A DNA stretch of 64,000 bases, from NCBI GenBank assembly GCA_030264375.1, contig JASCQW010000148.1, positions 18,874,118 through 18,938,117 on the forward strand. Reading direction: 5' to 3'. Position 1 is the stretch's first letter. The number at the start of each line of letters is the position of its first letter. The DNA is from Carcharhinus longimanus (taxonomy: Eukaryota). The position numbers and the translations under genes were made by a program. Under the pieces are notes generated by a model, which saw nothing but the letters and a program-made list of their open reading frames with translations, was not told where the DNA came from and made no database searches. Shown here one piece after another: positions 60,401 to 64,000 of this stretch.

Positions 60401-61217
60401 AATCCTTGACACAACCAATGATCTGGAATATAAATGCATTGAAATAAGAAACTGATGAAGTCTGCACTTAACAAATTCAACTGAGCAAATAGAAGTCTCC
60501 ATGTGATTCTTCAGACACATCGCAAGATACTCAATTTGAAAATCTGCTAAAATGGTGTTTCTATATTTTTTTTGAATTCAAAGCCAGCCTTCTGTAACAA
60601 AATACATTGATATTTTGACTGACAACCAAAAGATCATAATAAATCAGTTTATACATTTAAGCATTAATCTCATGGTTGGGAAGAAAAGGTTTTTATGTAC
60701 TATGGAAAGGAGAGAAAATTCCCCACCCCACCAAACTTATGTTGGGTTGCCACCATATTTGGTTGCCAGAGATGATCACTAATGATAGGAATCCAAGCAG
60801 ATTTCTTCCTTTCATTGCTCAAGGATGCATATTTTTAGCAATTCCTCTCATGAACATGATACAAATATTCAAAACCCTATTTTGTAACATCAGAATTTGC
60901 AAGGATTCCTTTCCAACCAGATTAATACTTGAGTATATGCAGTATTTCATACAGAATACTGAAAACGTACAAAAGGGAACCACTTAGGTAAAAAAAATCT
61001 AAAATTGATCTTTTGGCCAAGCTTACCATTAAGTTCAATATTCCTGACAAGTGCACTAAAGGAAGTTAGAATACAATCAGGCAACATTCACTTGCAACCT
61101 TTTACACCAGTAGAGTTCTGATTAACTTACTTTGTCAAATTTGGAAAGACTGTTCTTCAATCGTGGATCTGCTTCCTCACTGCCCGTCATTGCCAACTGC
61201 TGCAAGAGCTGGCCAAC
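666..61217 (-). CDS. GAPVD1: GAPVD1 (GTPase-activating protein and VPS9 domain-containing protein 1), partial multi-exon CDS; span of the exons in this window
   Basis: 20 core exons join in frame (2936 nt) with GT-AG sites; peptides such as TTQDNLDDKLRKFEIRDMMGLTDDRDISETVSETWSTDVLGSDFDPNIDEDRLQ and YLTRCRQGLQTTQAHLERLLQRVLRDKEVANRYFTTVCVRLLLES match vertebrate GAPVD1 as I recall it. No start or stop codon in the window. Confidence 0.97.
1689..1876 (-). CDS. GAPVD1: GAPVD1 exon, 188 nt, phase 2-1
   Basis: cctcag|A...AAAG|gtact; RKRAPYIAYLTRCRQGLQTTQAHLERLLQRVLRDKEVANRYFTTVCVRLLLESREKHILEFIK. Confidence 0.96.
2215..2715. mobile_element. GC-rich non-autonomous DNA-transposon/MITE-like element; related element at about 58690-59020
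   Basis: CpG-rich island in an AT-rich intron; terminal motif ggggcaatcttacc / ggtaagattgc with a variant ggggtgatcttgcc near 2686. Confidence 0.5.
2760..2930 (-). mobile_element. DeuSINE-like (SacSINE1/AmnSINE1-type) fragment; related pieces at about 38210-38420 and 1230-1370
   Basis: ttggttgagggataaatgttg...agtgctatgg...tgaacaggcagac resembles the reverse complement of the Deu domain as I recall it. Confidence 0.5.
3004..3163 (-). CDS. GAPVD1: GAPVD1 exon, 160 nt, phase 1-2
   Basis: ttctag|AC...TATAG|gtaaa; DNEIVCFLKVQLAEAINLQDKHLMAQIQETMRCVGRFDSRTCHKLLAAIAEDY. Confidence 0.96.
3417..3445 (+). repeat. (GA)n microsatellite
   Basis: About 14 uninterrupted GA units. Confidence 0.95.
4128..4249 (-). 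CDS. GAPVD1: GAPVD1 exon, 122 nt, phase 2-1
   Basis: tattag|A...GAAG|gtaaa; RDAKKKLRMALCSADSIAFPLVSHSATRNGPPGGPDQGELE. Confidence 0.95.
4631..4664 (-). ncRNA. Minimal type I hammerhead ribozyme motif (Penelope-type) within a Penelope-like terminal fragment at about 4575-4670
   Basis: Minus strand reads CAC-CUGACGA-A-GAGG(GAAA)CCUC-GAAA-GC-UU-GUG: conserved core boxes, perfect stem II with GNRA loop, palindromic AGCU stem III. Confidence 0.7.
4850..4976 (-). CDS. GAPVD1: GAPVD1 exon, 127 nt, phase 1-2
   Basis: acacag|AG...TTTAG|gtaat; EAIGEDSMHDSPRDETLQNLSADDLPDSASQTAQTQDSTFSF. Confidence 0.95.
6280..6399 (-). CDS. GAPVD1: GAPVD1 exon, 120 nt, phase 1-1
   Basis: taccag|AT...ACAG|gtagg; DEPIPRLNAQAQAAEDILDKYRSAIKRASPSEAVASDEVT. 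Confidence 0.95.
8845..9137 (-). mobile_element. HE1-like V-SINE (tRNA head)
   Basis: Minus strand gggcagcacggtggcacagtggttag...cccgggttcaattcc (A and B boxes), V-domain, tail ...cttgtgacattaataag. Confidence 0.85.
9305..9590 (-). mobile_element. HE1-like V-SINE
   Basis: B box gggttcgattccc, V-domain gggtttcctccaggtgctctggtttcctcccacagtc, tail cttgtgactaataaa. Confidence 0.85.
11590..12200 (-). mobile_element. Penelope-like retroelement 3' fragment (GIY-YIG endonuclease C-terminus plus terminal repeat), interrupted by a family A palindrome
   Basis: Minus-strand remnants RCDSAIG...LNN...YANNLFKII...HNVAHL and ICKQKEYVQALYLF; degenerate CUGAUGA hammerhead-like motif near 11600-11640. Confidence 0.65.
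11727..11947. mobile_element. Palindromic Penelope-derived element (family A) with 12-bp TSD
   Basis: Inverted arms agtaagaagtctcacaaca...tgttgtgagacttcttact; direct repeat ccaattgattga at 11715-11726 and 11948-11959. Confidence 0.75.
12860..13008 (+). mobile_element. CR1-type LINE reverse transcriptase fragment, running into a gap
   Basis: LGEWARKWQMEFNVDKCEVVHFGRNN...VQRDLG. Confidence 0.9.
13009..13108. other. Assembly gap (100 N)
   Basis: N run between a CR1 fragment and a SINE. Confidence 0.99.
13109..13280 (-). mobile_element. HE1-like V-SINE, partial, next to a gap
   Basis: V-domain ctgtgtggagtttgcacattctc on the minus strand. Confidence 0.8.
15185..15380. mobile_element. Inverted-repeat element (family B) with degenerate hammerhead-like core
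   Basis: Arms cagcaggcctggcagcatctgtaaggagagaaaa / ttttctctccttacagatgctgccagacctgctg; central tgacaaa-gggtc-atctg-gactc-gaaa-tg-tc. Confidence 0.65.
15588..15735. mobile_element. Palindromic Penelope-derived element (family A) with a 114-bp spacerless palindrome and 13-bp TSD
   Basis: 15588-15701 is self-complementary with one mismatch, centred on agatct; gagataacagtaa at 15582-15594 and 15736-15748. Confidence 0.8.
15995..16290 (-). mobile_element. HE1-like V-SINE with CR1-type tail
   Basis: Minus strand ggtggcacagtagtgagcactgctggctcacagcaccagggacc...gggattctatga. Confidence 0.8.
16555..16780 (+). mobile_element. HE1-like V-SINE, 5'-truncated
   Basis: gttcaattctagccttgggt...tttcctccacagtccaaagatg...ggattggccatggtaaattgcccctt. 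Confidence 0.8.
17670..17940 (+). mobile_element. CR1 LINE 3' fragment, degenerate
   Basis: ELRRIFYTQRVLRTWNQLP. Confidence 0.75.
19310..19500. mobile_element. Inverted-repeat element (family B), degenerate
   Basis: ctgttggaaatactcagg...ctgtggagaga and tctacagatgatgct...cctgctaagc...tttcagatttccagcatctgcagtatttt. Confidence 0.55.
20393..20685 (+). mobile_element. HE1-like V-SINE with CR1-type tail
   Basis: cacagtggttagcactgctgcctcacagcaccagggacc...gaatggcctcctcctgcattgtagggattctatga. Confidence 0.85.
21200..21475 (-). mobile_element. HE1-like V-SINE with alternative tail
   Basis: Head, V-domain and tail cttgtgactaataaataaac on the minus strand. Confidence 0.85.
22090..23240 (+). mobile_element. 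Degenerate CR1/L2-clade LINE ORF2 fragment
   Basis: Remnants ctcagccaagcaattccagtacag (LAKxFQY), caatttgggcttt (QFG), tgtgatattaaggca (DIKA), atgtttgct, AQVSIVMECSPFAW. Confidence 0.7.
24164..24181 (-). CDS. GAPVD1: Candidate GAPVD1 microexon, 18 nt, phase 1-1 (ALHFLL)
   Basis: Minus strand: long pyrimidine tract, CTAAC branch point about 30 nt upstream, ctgctgcaataattag|CACTTCATTTCCTTCTAG|gtgagg; frame-preserving between the flanking phase-1 exons. Confidence 0.7.
   Translation of the reverse strand, partial: HFISF
24687..24767 (-). CDS. GAPVD1: GAPVD1 exon, 81 nt, phase 1-1
   Basis: tctttag|CT...CAAG|gttgg; APISFRKKDKQEKDKEDGAQERFQAMQ. Confidence 0.9.
25559..25646 (-). CDS. GAPVD1: GAPVD1 exon, 88 nt, phase 0-1
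   Basis: gtgcag|GGG...AAAG|gtcag; GEDRKDSDDEKSDRSRSWWKKRFVSAIPK. Confidence 0.95.
26586..26944 (-). CDS. GAPVD1: GAPVD1 exon, 359 nt, phase 1-0
   Basis: tcacag|CT...CTA|gtaagg; ASNIPSIVRPKVHYARPSHPPPDPPILEG...KQRHSFPERLVRSRSSDIVSS...SPSKDSL. Confidence 0.93.
27415..27695 (+). mobile_element. HE1-like V-SINE with alternative tail
   Basis: gtggttagcactgctgcctcacagcacc...ggggattttcacagtaacttcactgcagtgttaatgtaagcc...aataaac. Confidence 0.85.
28115..28500 (-). mobile_element. Second-family SINE, minus-strand copy
   Basis: gcatttattg...aagagttaaccacattgc...gacattagtgaatcagatgggttttt...gatttgaactcgtgcctccagattatt. Confidence 0.7.
28810..29000 (+). mobile_element. CR1-type LINE reverse transcriptase fragment, running into a gap
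   Basis: INDLGEGVEGWVSKFADDTKV...LQSWAERWQMEFNVEKCEVIHFG (FADD catalytic motif). Confidence 0.92.
29001..29100. other. Assembly gap (100 N)
   Basis: N run after a CR1 RT fragment. Confidence 0.99.
30100..30410 (+). mobile_element. CR1-type LINE 3' end
   Basis: NTRGHSFKLRG...RGRFFTQRVVRAWNALP followed by 3' UTR ggccgaagggcctgtactgcgctgtaatgttc. Confidence 0.9.
31625..31850 (+). mobile_element. HE1-like V-SINE, preceded by the head of a second SINE family (about 31530-31625)
   Basis: ggtggcacaatggttaacactgctgtc...tgtggaatttgcatattctccc. Confidence 0.75.
32290..32582 (+). mobile_element. Second tRNA-headed SINE family (related copies at about 7790-8100, 12225-12320, 28115-28500, 38440-38640, 52830-52980)
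   Basis: actggattggtaatccagag...gggtttgaatcccacc...aaaacccatctgg...caagggcaatcagagatgcacaataaatgctggccc; reverse-complement copies at other sites. Confidence 0.7.
32711..32785 (-). CDS. GAPVD1: GAPVD1 exon, 75 nt, phase 1-1
   Basis: ttttcag|GT...GATG|gtagg; GAHQMTSPLSQTDALLAMFDPLSSD. Confidence 0.93.
33347..33466 (-). CDS. GAPVD1: GAPVD1 exon, 120 nt, phase 1-1
   Basis: taacag|GC...CAGG|gtaag; GISVTSEDIPNKVEDIRSECSSDFGGKDSVTSPDVEEIVQ. Confidence 0.95.
33652..33786 (-). CDS. GAPVD1: GAPVD1 exon, 135 nt, phase 1-1
   Basis: ttttcag|AA...TCAG|gtaca; EATDLKQEERLQELESCSGLGSTSDDTDVREVSSRPSTPGLSVVS. Confidence 0.95.
34813..34953 (-). CDS. GAPVD1: GAPVD1 exon, 141 nt, phase 1-1
   Basis: ttgtag|GT...TCGG|gtgag; GAAAENMLGSLLGLPGSTSVLLDPCTGSTISETTSEAWSVEVLPSDS. 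Confidence 0.95.
35520..35710 (+). mobile_element. HE1-like SINE 3' half
   Basis: gtgcaggttaggttgatttggcatgctaaa...gcactgtagggattttatga. Confidence 0.7.
35720..37080. mobile_element. CR1 LINE fragments: + strand 3' end (about 35720-36030) then a minus-strand RT remnant (about 36200-37080)
   Basis: EERLNKLGLYSLKFRRIR on +; GIGHNLLAWIEY on -. Confidence 0.7.
39989..40162 (-). CDS. GAPVD1: GAPVD1 exon, 174 nt, phase 1-1
   Basis: ctttag|CC...GCAG|gtaat; ATTQDNLDDKLRKFEIRDMMGL...DEDRLQDIA. Confidence 0.95.
43595..43720 (-). CDS. GAPVD1: GAPVD1 exon, 126 nt, phase 1-1
   Basis: aaatag|GG...CAAG|gtaag; GPSNRSNSVSSLDLEGESVSELGAGPSGSNGVEALQLLEHEQ. Confidence 0.95.
44739..44868 (-). CDS. GAPVD1: GAPVD1 exon, 130 nt, phase 0-1
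   Basis: atcag|GTG...GAAG|gtgag; VLNMQLAESGQGEVPVEDGKLHGKPDKTLRFSLCSDNLEGISE. Confidence 0.95.
45661..45679 (+). promoter_or_regulatory. CTCF-like binding motif
   Basis: TGGCCACTAGGTGGTGCAA closely matches the CTCF consensus TGGCCACCAGGGGGCGCTA; lies in apparently non-repetitive intron. Confidence 0.5.
46388..46690 (+). mobile_element. HE1-like V-SINE, near full length
   Basis: ggcacggtgacacggtggtcagc...gggttcgattcc...gactcgatgggctgaatggcctccttctgcactgtaggattctatga. Confidence 0.88.
47601..47812. mobile_element. Palindromic Penelope-derived element (family A)
   Basis: Same arms as the other copies; flanking direct repeat ctg(c/t)caaagcatg at 47590-47602 and 47811-47823. Confidence 0.8.
47725..47763 (+). 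ncRNA. Minimal hammerhead ribozyme motif in a palindromic Penelope-derived insertion
   Basis: GUCAC-CUGAUGA-A-GGAGC(AAC)GCUCC-GAAA-AC-UC-GUGAU; stem III palindrome broken (AC where other copies have GC). Confidence 0.6.
48328..48488 (-). CDS. GAPVD1: GAPVD1 exon, 161 nt, phase 1-0
   Basis: tttgcag|CT...GAG|gtata; AGRNRNRTNEAKEQHFEHESSTQEPLQEVQPEEVLVISLGITSQMSPGMMSENE. Confidence 0.94.
48730..48890 (+). mobile_element. HE1-like SINE 3' fragment
   Basis: aaattgcccc...ggggatagggcc...gggccaaatggcctc...gggattctaatga. Confidence 0.65.
49060..50720. mobile_element. Cluster of LINE remnants: CR1 3' end (-), CR1 ORF1-like piece (+, about 49520-49950), RT remnant (-, about 50000-50720)
   Basis: RVSKLERQLESL-like ORF1 remnant; minus-strand AKLLHYSYN..YLTMWKNAQV; inverted CR1 tail at 49060-49350. 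Confidence 0.6.
49353..49452. other. Assembly gap (100 N)
   Basis: N run with near-duplicated flanks. Confidence 0.99.
51290..51370 (-). CDS. GAPVD1: GAPVD1 alternative cassette exon, 81 nt, phase 1-1
   Basis: acccag|GA...TTTG|gtgggt; in-frame GQQLAAITAWDTSATNLTAHIPLVTPF, resembling a 27-aa insert I recall from vertebrate GAPVD1 isoforms. Confidence 0.85.
52273..52372. other. Assembly gap (100 N)
   Basis: N run. Confidence 0.99.
53910..54360 (-). mobile_element. CR1 LINE 3' end, minus strand, degenerate (similar pieces at about 7540-7770, 27200-28100, 61330-61650)
   Basis: Inverted-CR1 pattern gacattcagcccatcgtgtccatgcc...aattttatacactt...cctgccaacattctcataaatctc. Confidence 0.65.
54738..54953. 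mobile_element. Palindromic Penelope-derived element (family A) inserted into an HE1-like SINE; centre is an assembly gap
   Basis: Arms near-identical to the 15588 copy; TSD taagatactcat at 54726-54737 and 54954-54965. Confidence 0.8.
54782..54881. other. Assembly gap (100 N)
   Basis: N run at the centre of a palindrome. Confidence 0.99.
55153..55345 (-). CDS. GAPVD1: GAPVD1 exon, 193 nt, phase 0-1
   Basis: tctag|GTG...ATAG|gtagg; VTFARHVRSGELLREEDKMALENL...TPQLSPATTPANKKNRLQI. Confidence 0.95.
55900..56220 (+). mobile_element. CR1 LINE ORF2 C-terminal fragment
   Basis: VMLQLHKVLVCPHLKYNVQFWTSHLKKNVLVLKSVQKRIGRMIAGLQGL. Confidence 0.85.
58459..58593 (-). CDS. GAPVD1: GAPVD1 exon, 135 nt, phase 0-0
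   Basis: tttgcag|AGT...TTG|gtaag; SCVAAFLDVIIGGRTVETPPMSSVNLLEGLSRTVVYMTHNQLTNL. Confidence 0.95.
59480..59740 (-). mobile_element. HE1-like V-SINE
   Basis: Minus strand ggcacagtggttagcctcacagcgccagggacctgggttcaattcc...tgtgtggagtttgcac. Confidence 0.82.
61131..61217 (-). CDS. GAPVD1: GAPVD1 exon, 87 nt, phase 0-0 (end of RasGAP domain)
   Basis: tttttag|GTT...AAA|gtaag; VGQLLQQLAMTGSEEADPRLKNSLSKFDK. Confidence 0.95.
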
Positions 61218-62749
61218 CTAAAAAAAAGTTTTTAAAAAACCTTCTCTAAGTAATATTATCTCTATATTCAAATGCTAAACATACGCTGCAATTTTGCACC
61301 GAAGAACTGCAGAAAAATTATAATATGGAAACAGGTAGTCTATCTTTGCTGATGTCCATTTACCAGTTTAGGTGGCAAATCATTCCAATCTCATGTCCTC
61401 CTTGTTTCCATATCTTCATGGGCCTTTCTTCAACCACCAATCTAACCCTTTTTGAAGTGTTCACGTTATTTCTACTTTGGTTGCCAACTCTAGTGCATTC
61501 CATAAACTTATCATTCTATTTTTAAAAGCCCCGTTCTGCATCCTGTATCTCTTGCATGTACACTGTCTTATTTTAGAACCTTCAATTACTGGAAGTATTT
61601 GTTCTCATCTACCCAGTAACATCCTTTTATAATTTTGAAACATCTTTATAAAATCCTCAAATACCAAGTCCACGTTTTGAATCTGGTAGAATTCCAGAGA
61701 ATCTGCACTCAACCTCTGCGGTGTCTCAACACCCTCTCCAATGATGATTAAACATATTGAAATATTTGGCATGTATTAAATGCATTCCATTTTATTCAAG
61801 GGTTATAGTAGTGATCAGACCCAATTTCAGACTTGGCCCACTGAGAACATGTCAAATATTTAATAAAAAGTTTGATTAATCATTCATATTAATATAATGG
61901 TCATCAACTTCAAGTGGTAAAAACAAAATAAATATTTGTACTTAATTGGACAGTGAGTGCATGGCTCTCAATCAATGGTGTGCGTAATCAGCATGCTCCT
62001 CACTTCACTTGCCCTTGTTTTATGTGCAAATCACTGCAATCATACTGGTAGGAAGAAAAAGCTACATGGATAGAAACTAGCAAAACGTGGCAGGCAACAA
62101 AATATCCCGTGAACCACATTCAGAACCCAAATTGGCTGCATGTAGCTTCTGGGCCACAAGTTGCCCATCACTGCCCTAGAATAAACAATGAGAAATTATT
62201 TGCACTTTACATTCTTAGTCTCATTGCAAAAATCTTGAAAAAGTTCTACCTAGTTGAATGACATGGAATTGGGTTTTTAAAACATATTTAGTTCATAATT
62301 ACTGAATAGCCTCACTGATCTTGAGGAATGATACATTCTAATGAGAAATTGTGTATTAATATATTTTTAAAGATGTTGATATGTTAGCTTCCAACTTAAT
62401 CCCATGTGCAAGTTCCAATCATTTAACTCATGAATTGTAGAATTTAAAATCCCAAGTGAATGAAATCAATGATTGTTACTTTCTGGTTTGCTGCCTGTGA
62501 GAATACTTCAATGTGATTGCAGCTACCACTGGCTGCTGGATGCCTGGAGAAACCAGAGGTTTAGTTTTGGTTCCAGATTCGAAATTACATTGTGAAAGGG
62601 AAAAACACATGCCACATTAGGTCTCCAGACCTTTATGGATAAGCTTTGAGGTCAAGGCTAACATTATTGATTCACTGCTGGGATCAAAACCCAACCCAGC
62701 CTGAATTGACGAAGTCAACATCGTTTTATAAAGTCAAAATTGTGTTCGA

Positions 62750-63700
62750 CATATTTTATACAGTTTTTGATCTGTAACTAGTAGGCTAGACAAATTTTTA
62801 AAAGTATTCAGTAAGGTATGTCGGACAGAAGGCTGTTACACTAGGACTGGGGTAATACACTTGCCCAGGTCAGGGCAAGAGTAGAAATAAATGGATCATT
62901 TTTGTGTTAGTAGGCTGTAACTAGTAGAAAACAACAAAGATCAGCATTTTAGCCTTAGCTTTAACAATCTACAAGTTCCCTCATCTGTGTTTGCTAATAA
63001 AACAATGCTAGGTGGAAAAGCATACTGCAAATAAGATGCAAAAAGGTTGCAAAGTCATATAGACTGAATAAGTGATTGACAGACTGAGTATAATGTGGGA
63101 AAGTTTAAAATTATCTATTTTGGTCAGAAGAATGGAAAAGCACAATATTTTTTAAAAAGGTGAGACTGGTAAATATTGGGATTTAAAGGGGTTCTTGTAC
63201 ACATTACAATAAGCTGCAATTATAGAGTGTACGGTTTCAGTGATCCGACCCAAGGAAGGATACACTTGCCTTAGACTTGGTGCAAAGATTCACTAGATTG
63301 ATTCCTGGGATGATGGGGATGTCCAGTGAGAAAAGACAGTAGAATGAACCTATATTTTCTATTGTTTAGAAGAATGAGGAGTGATCACATTGAAAGATGT
63401 AAATTCTTCTAAGACCTAATAGTGTAAATGCTGAGGTTGTTTTCCTGACTGTGGAGTCTTGAATTCAGGTTCACAATCTCAGAATAAAGGGTCAGTGTGA
63501 GGTGAGGAGTAATTTCTTCATTCATATAGTTGGGTACCTGGAATTCTCTATTTCAGAGGGCTGTGGGTATTGATGAGCACATTGATTGATTTTTGGATGC
63601 TAAGAGAATCAAGTGACAGAGACAGGGCAGAAAAAAAAACAATGGACCTTCTTGAATGCAGCCATCTGGCCTACTCTTATTTAAGTCCTTAATGTTCTAG
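62750..63700 (+). mobile_element. Degenerate CR1 LINE ORF2/3' fragment
   Basis: Remnants aaatggatcattttt...gtttgctaataaaacaatgctaggtggaaaagc...tataatgtgggaaag...tttagaagaatgaggagtgatcacattgaa...ggaattctcta. Confidence 0.75.
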
Positions 63701-64000
63701 ATTTCCGTCATATTTGAGTCATCCAAAGTGCATCGTCAATGAGTCTCCAATCAAGAGTTTGGGAACAAAATAAATCTGATTCATCATTACTTTGAATAGA
63801 TTACAATTCTAAACGCAAGCATGAACACAAAGGAACTAAATCACAATTCTATGACTACAGTATTGCACTTCCTCTTTTTGCACTTCATTCCTTTTTACTG
63901 TAAAATGTTTGAGATAATGCTGTTAACCTTTAGCATTGCAAATAAATGCGACTTTTCTGTTGAGAGTTAAAGCTGCATTCTCTACTTCAGCTCATGCTCA

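Noticed and set aside
1-64000. Most short ORFs in the supplied track; any CRISPR, operon or other prokaryotic system
   Set aside because: The sequence is vertebrate intronic DNA; these ORFs are antisense shadows of exons, repeat remnants or gap artefacts, and there is no repeat-spacer array.

Overview
Eukaryotic, AT-rich genomic DNA, most likely from a shark or other cartilaginous fish given its HE1/V-SINE, DeuSINE, CR1/L2 and Penelope repeats. The whole window lies inside one minus-strand gene, GAPVD1 (RasGAP plus VPS9 Rab5 GEF). I traced 20 core exons by hand with GT-AG boundaries and consistent phases (2936 nt, about 978 codons, from the end of the RasGAP domain into the start of the VPS9 region), plus an 81-nt cassette exon and a candidate 18-nt microexon. 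The gene's 5' and 3' ends lie outside the window. Introns are rich in repeats and contain five 100-N assembly gaps. Main unexpected signals: (1) a decayed, multi-exon gene nested antisense in the ~18-kb intron (about 8.4-14.3 kb, + strand) whose fragments show the motif order of a CxC/KDZ (Zisupton/HMGXB3-like) transposase; (2) palindromic Penelope-derived insertions with target-site duplications and minimal hammerhead-ribozyme motifs, one with an intact core in the pre-mRNA sense at 4631-4664; (3) an SRRM4-type microexon candidate; (4) a perfect 19-nt intron-exon complementarity 6.9 kb apart. Family assignments come from recalled motifs, not database searches, and repeat boundaries are approximate.
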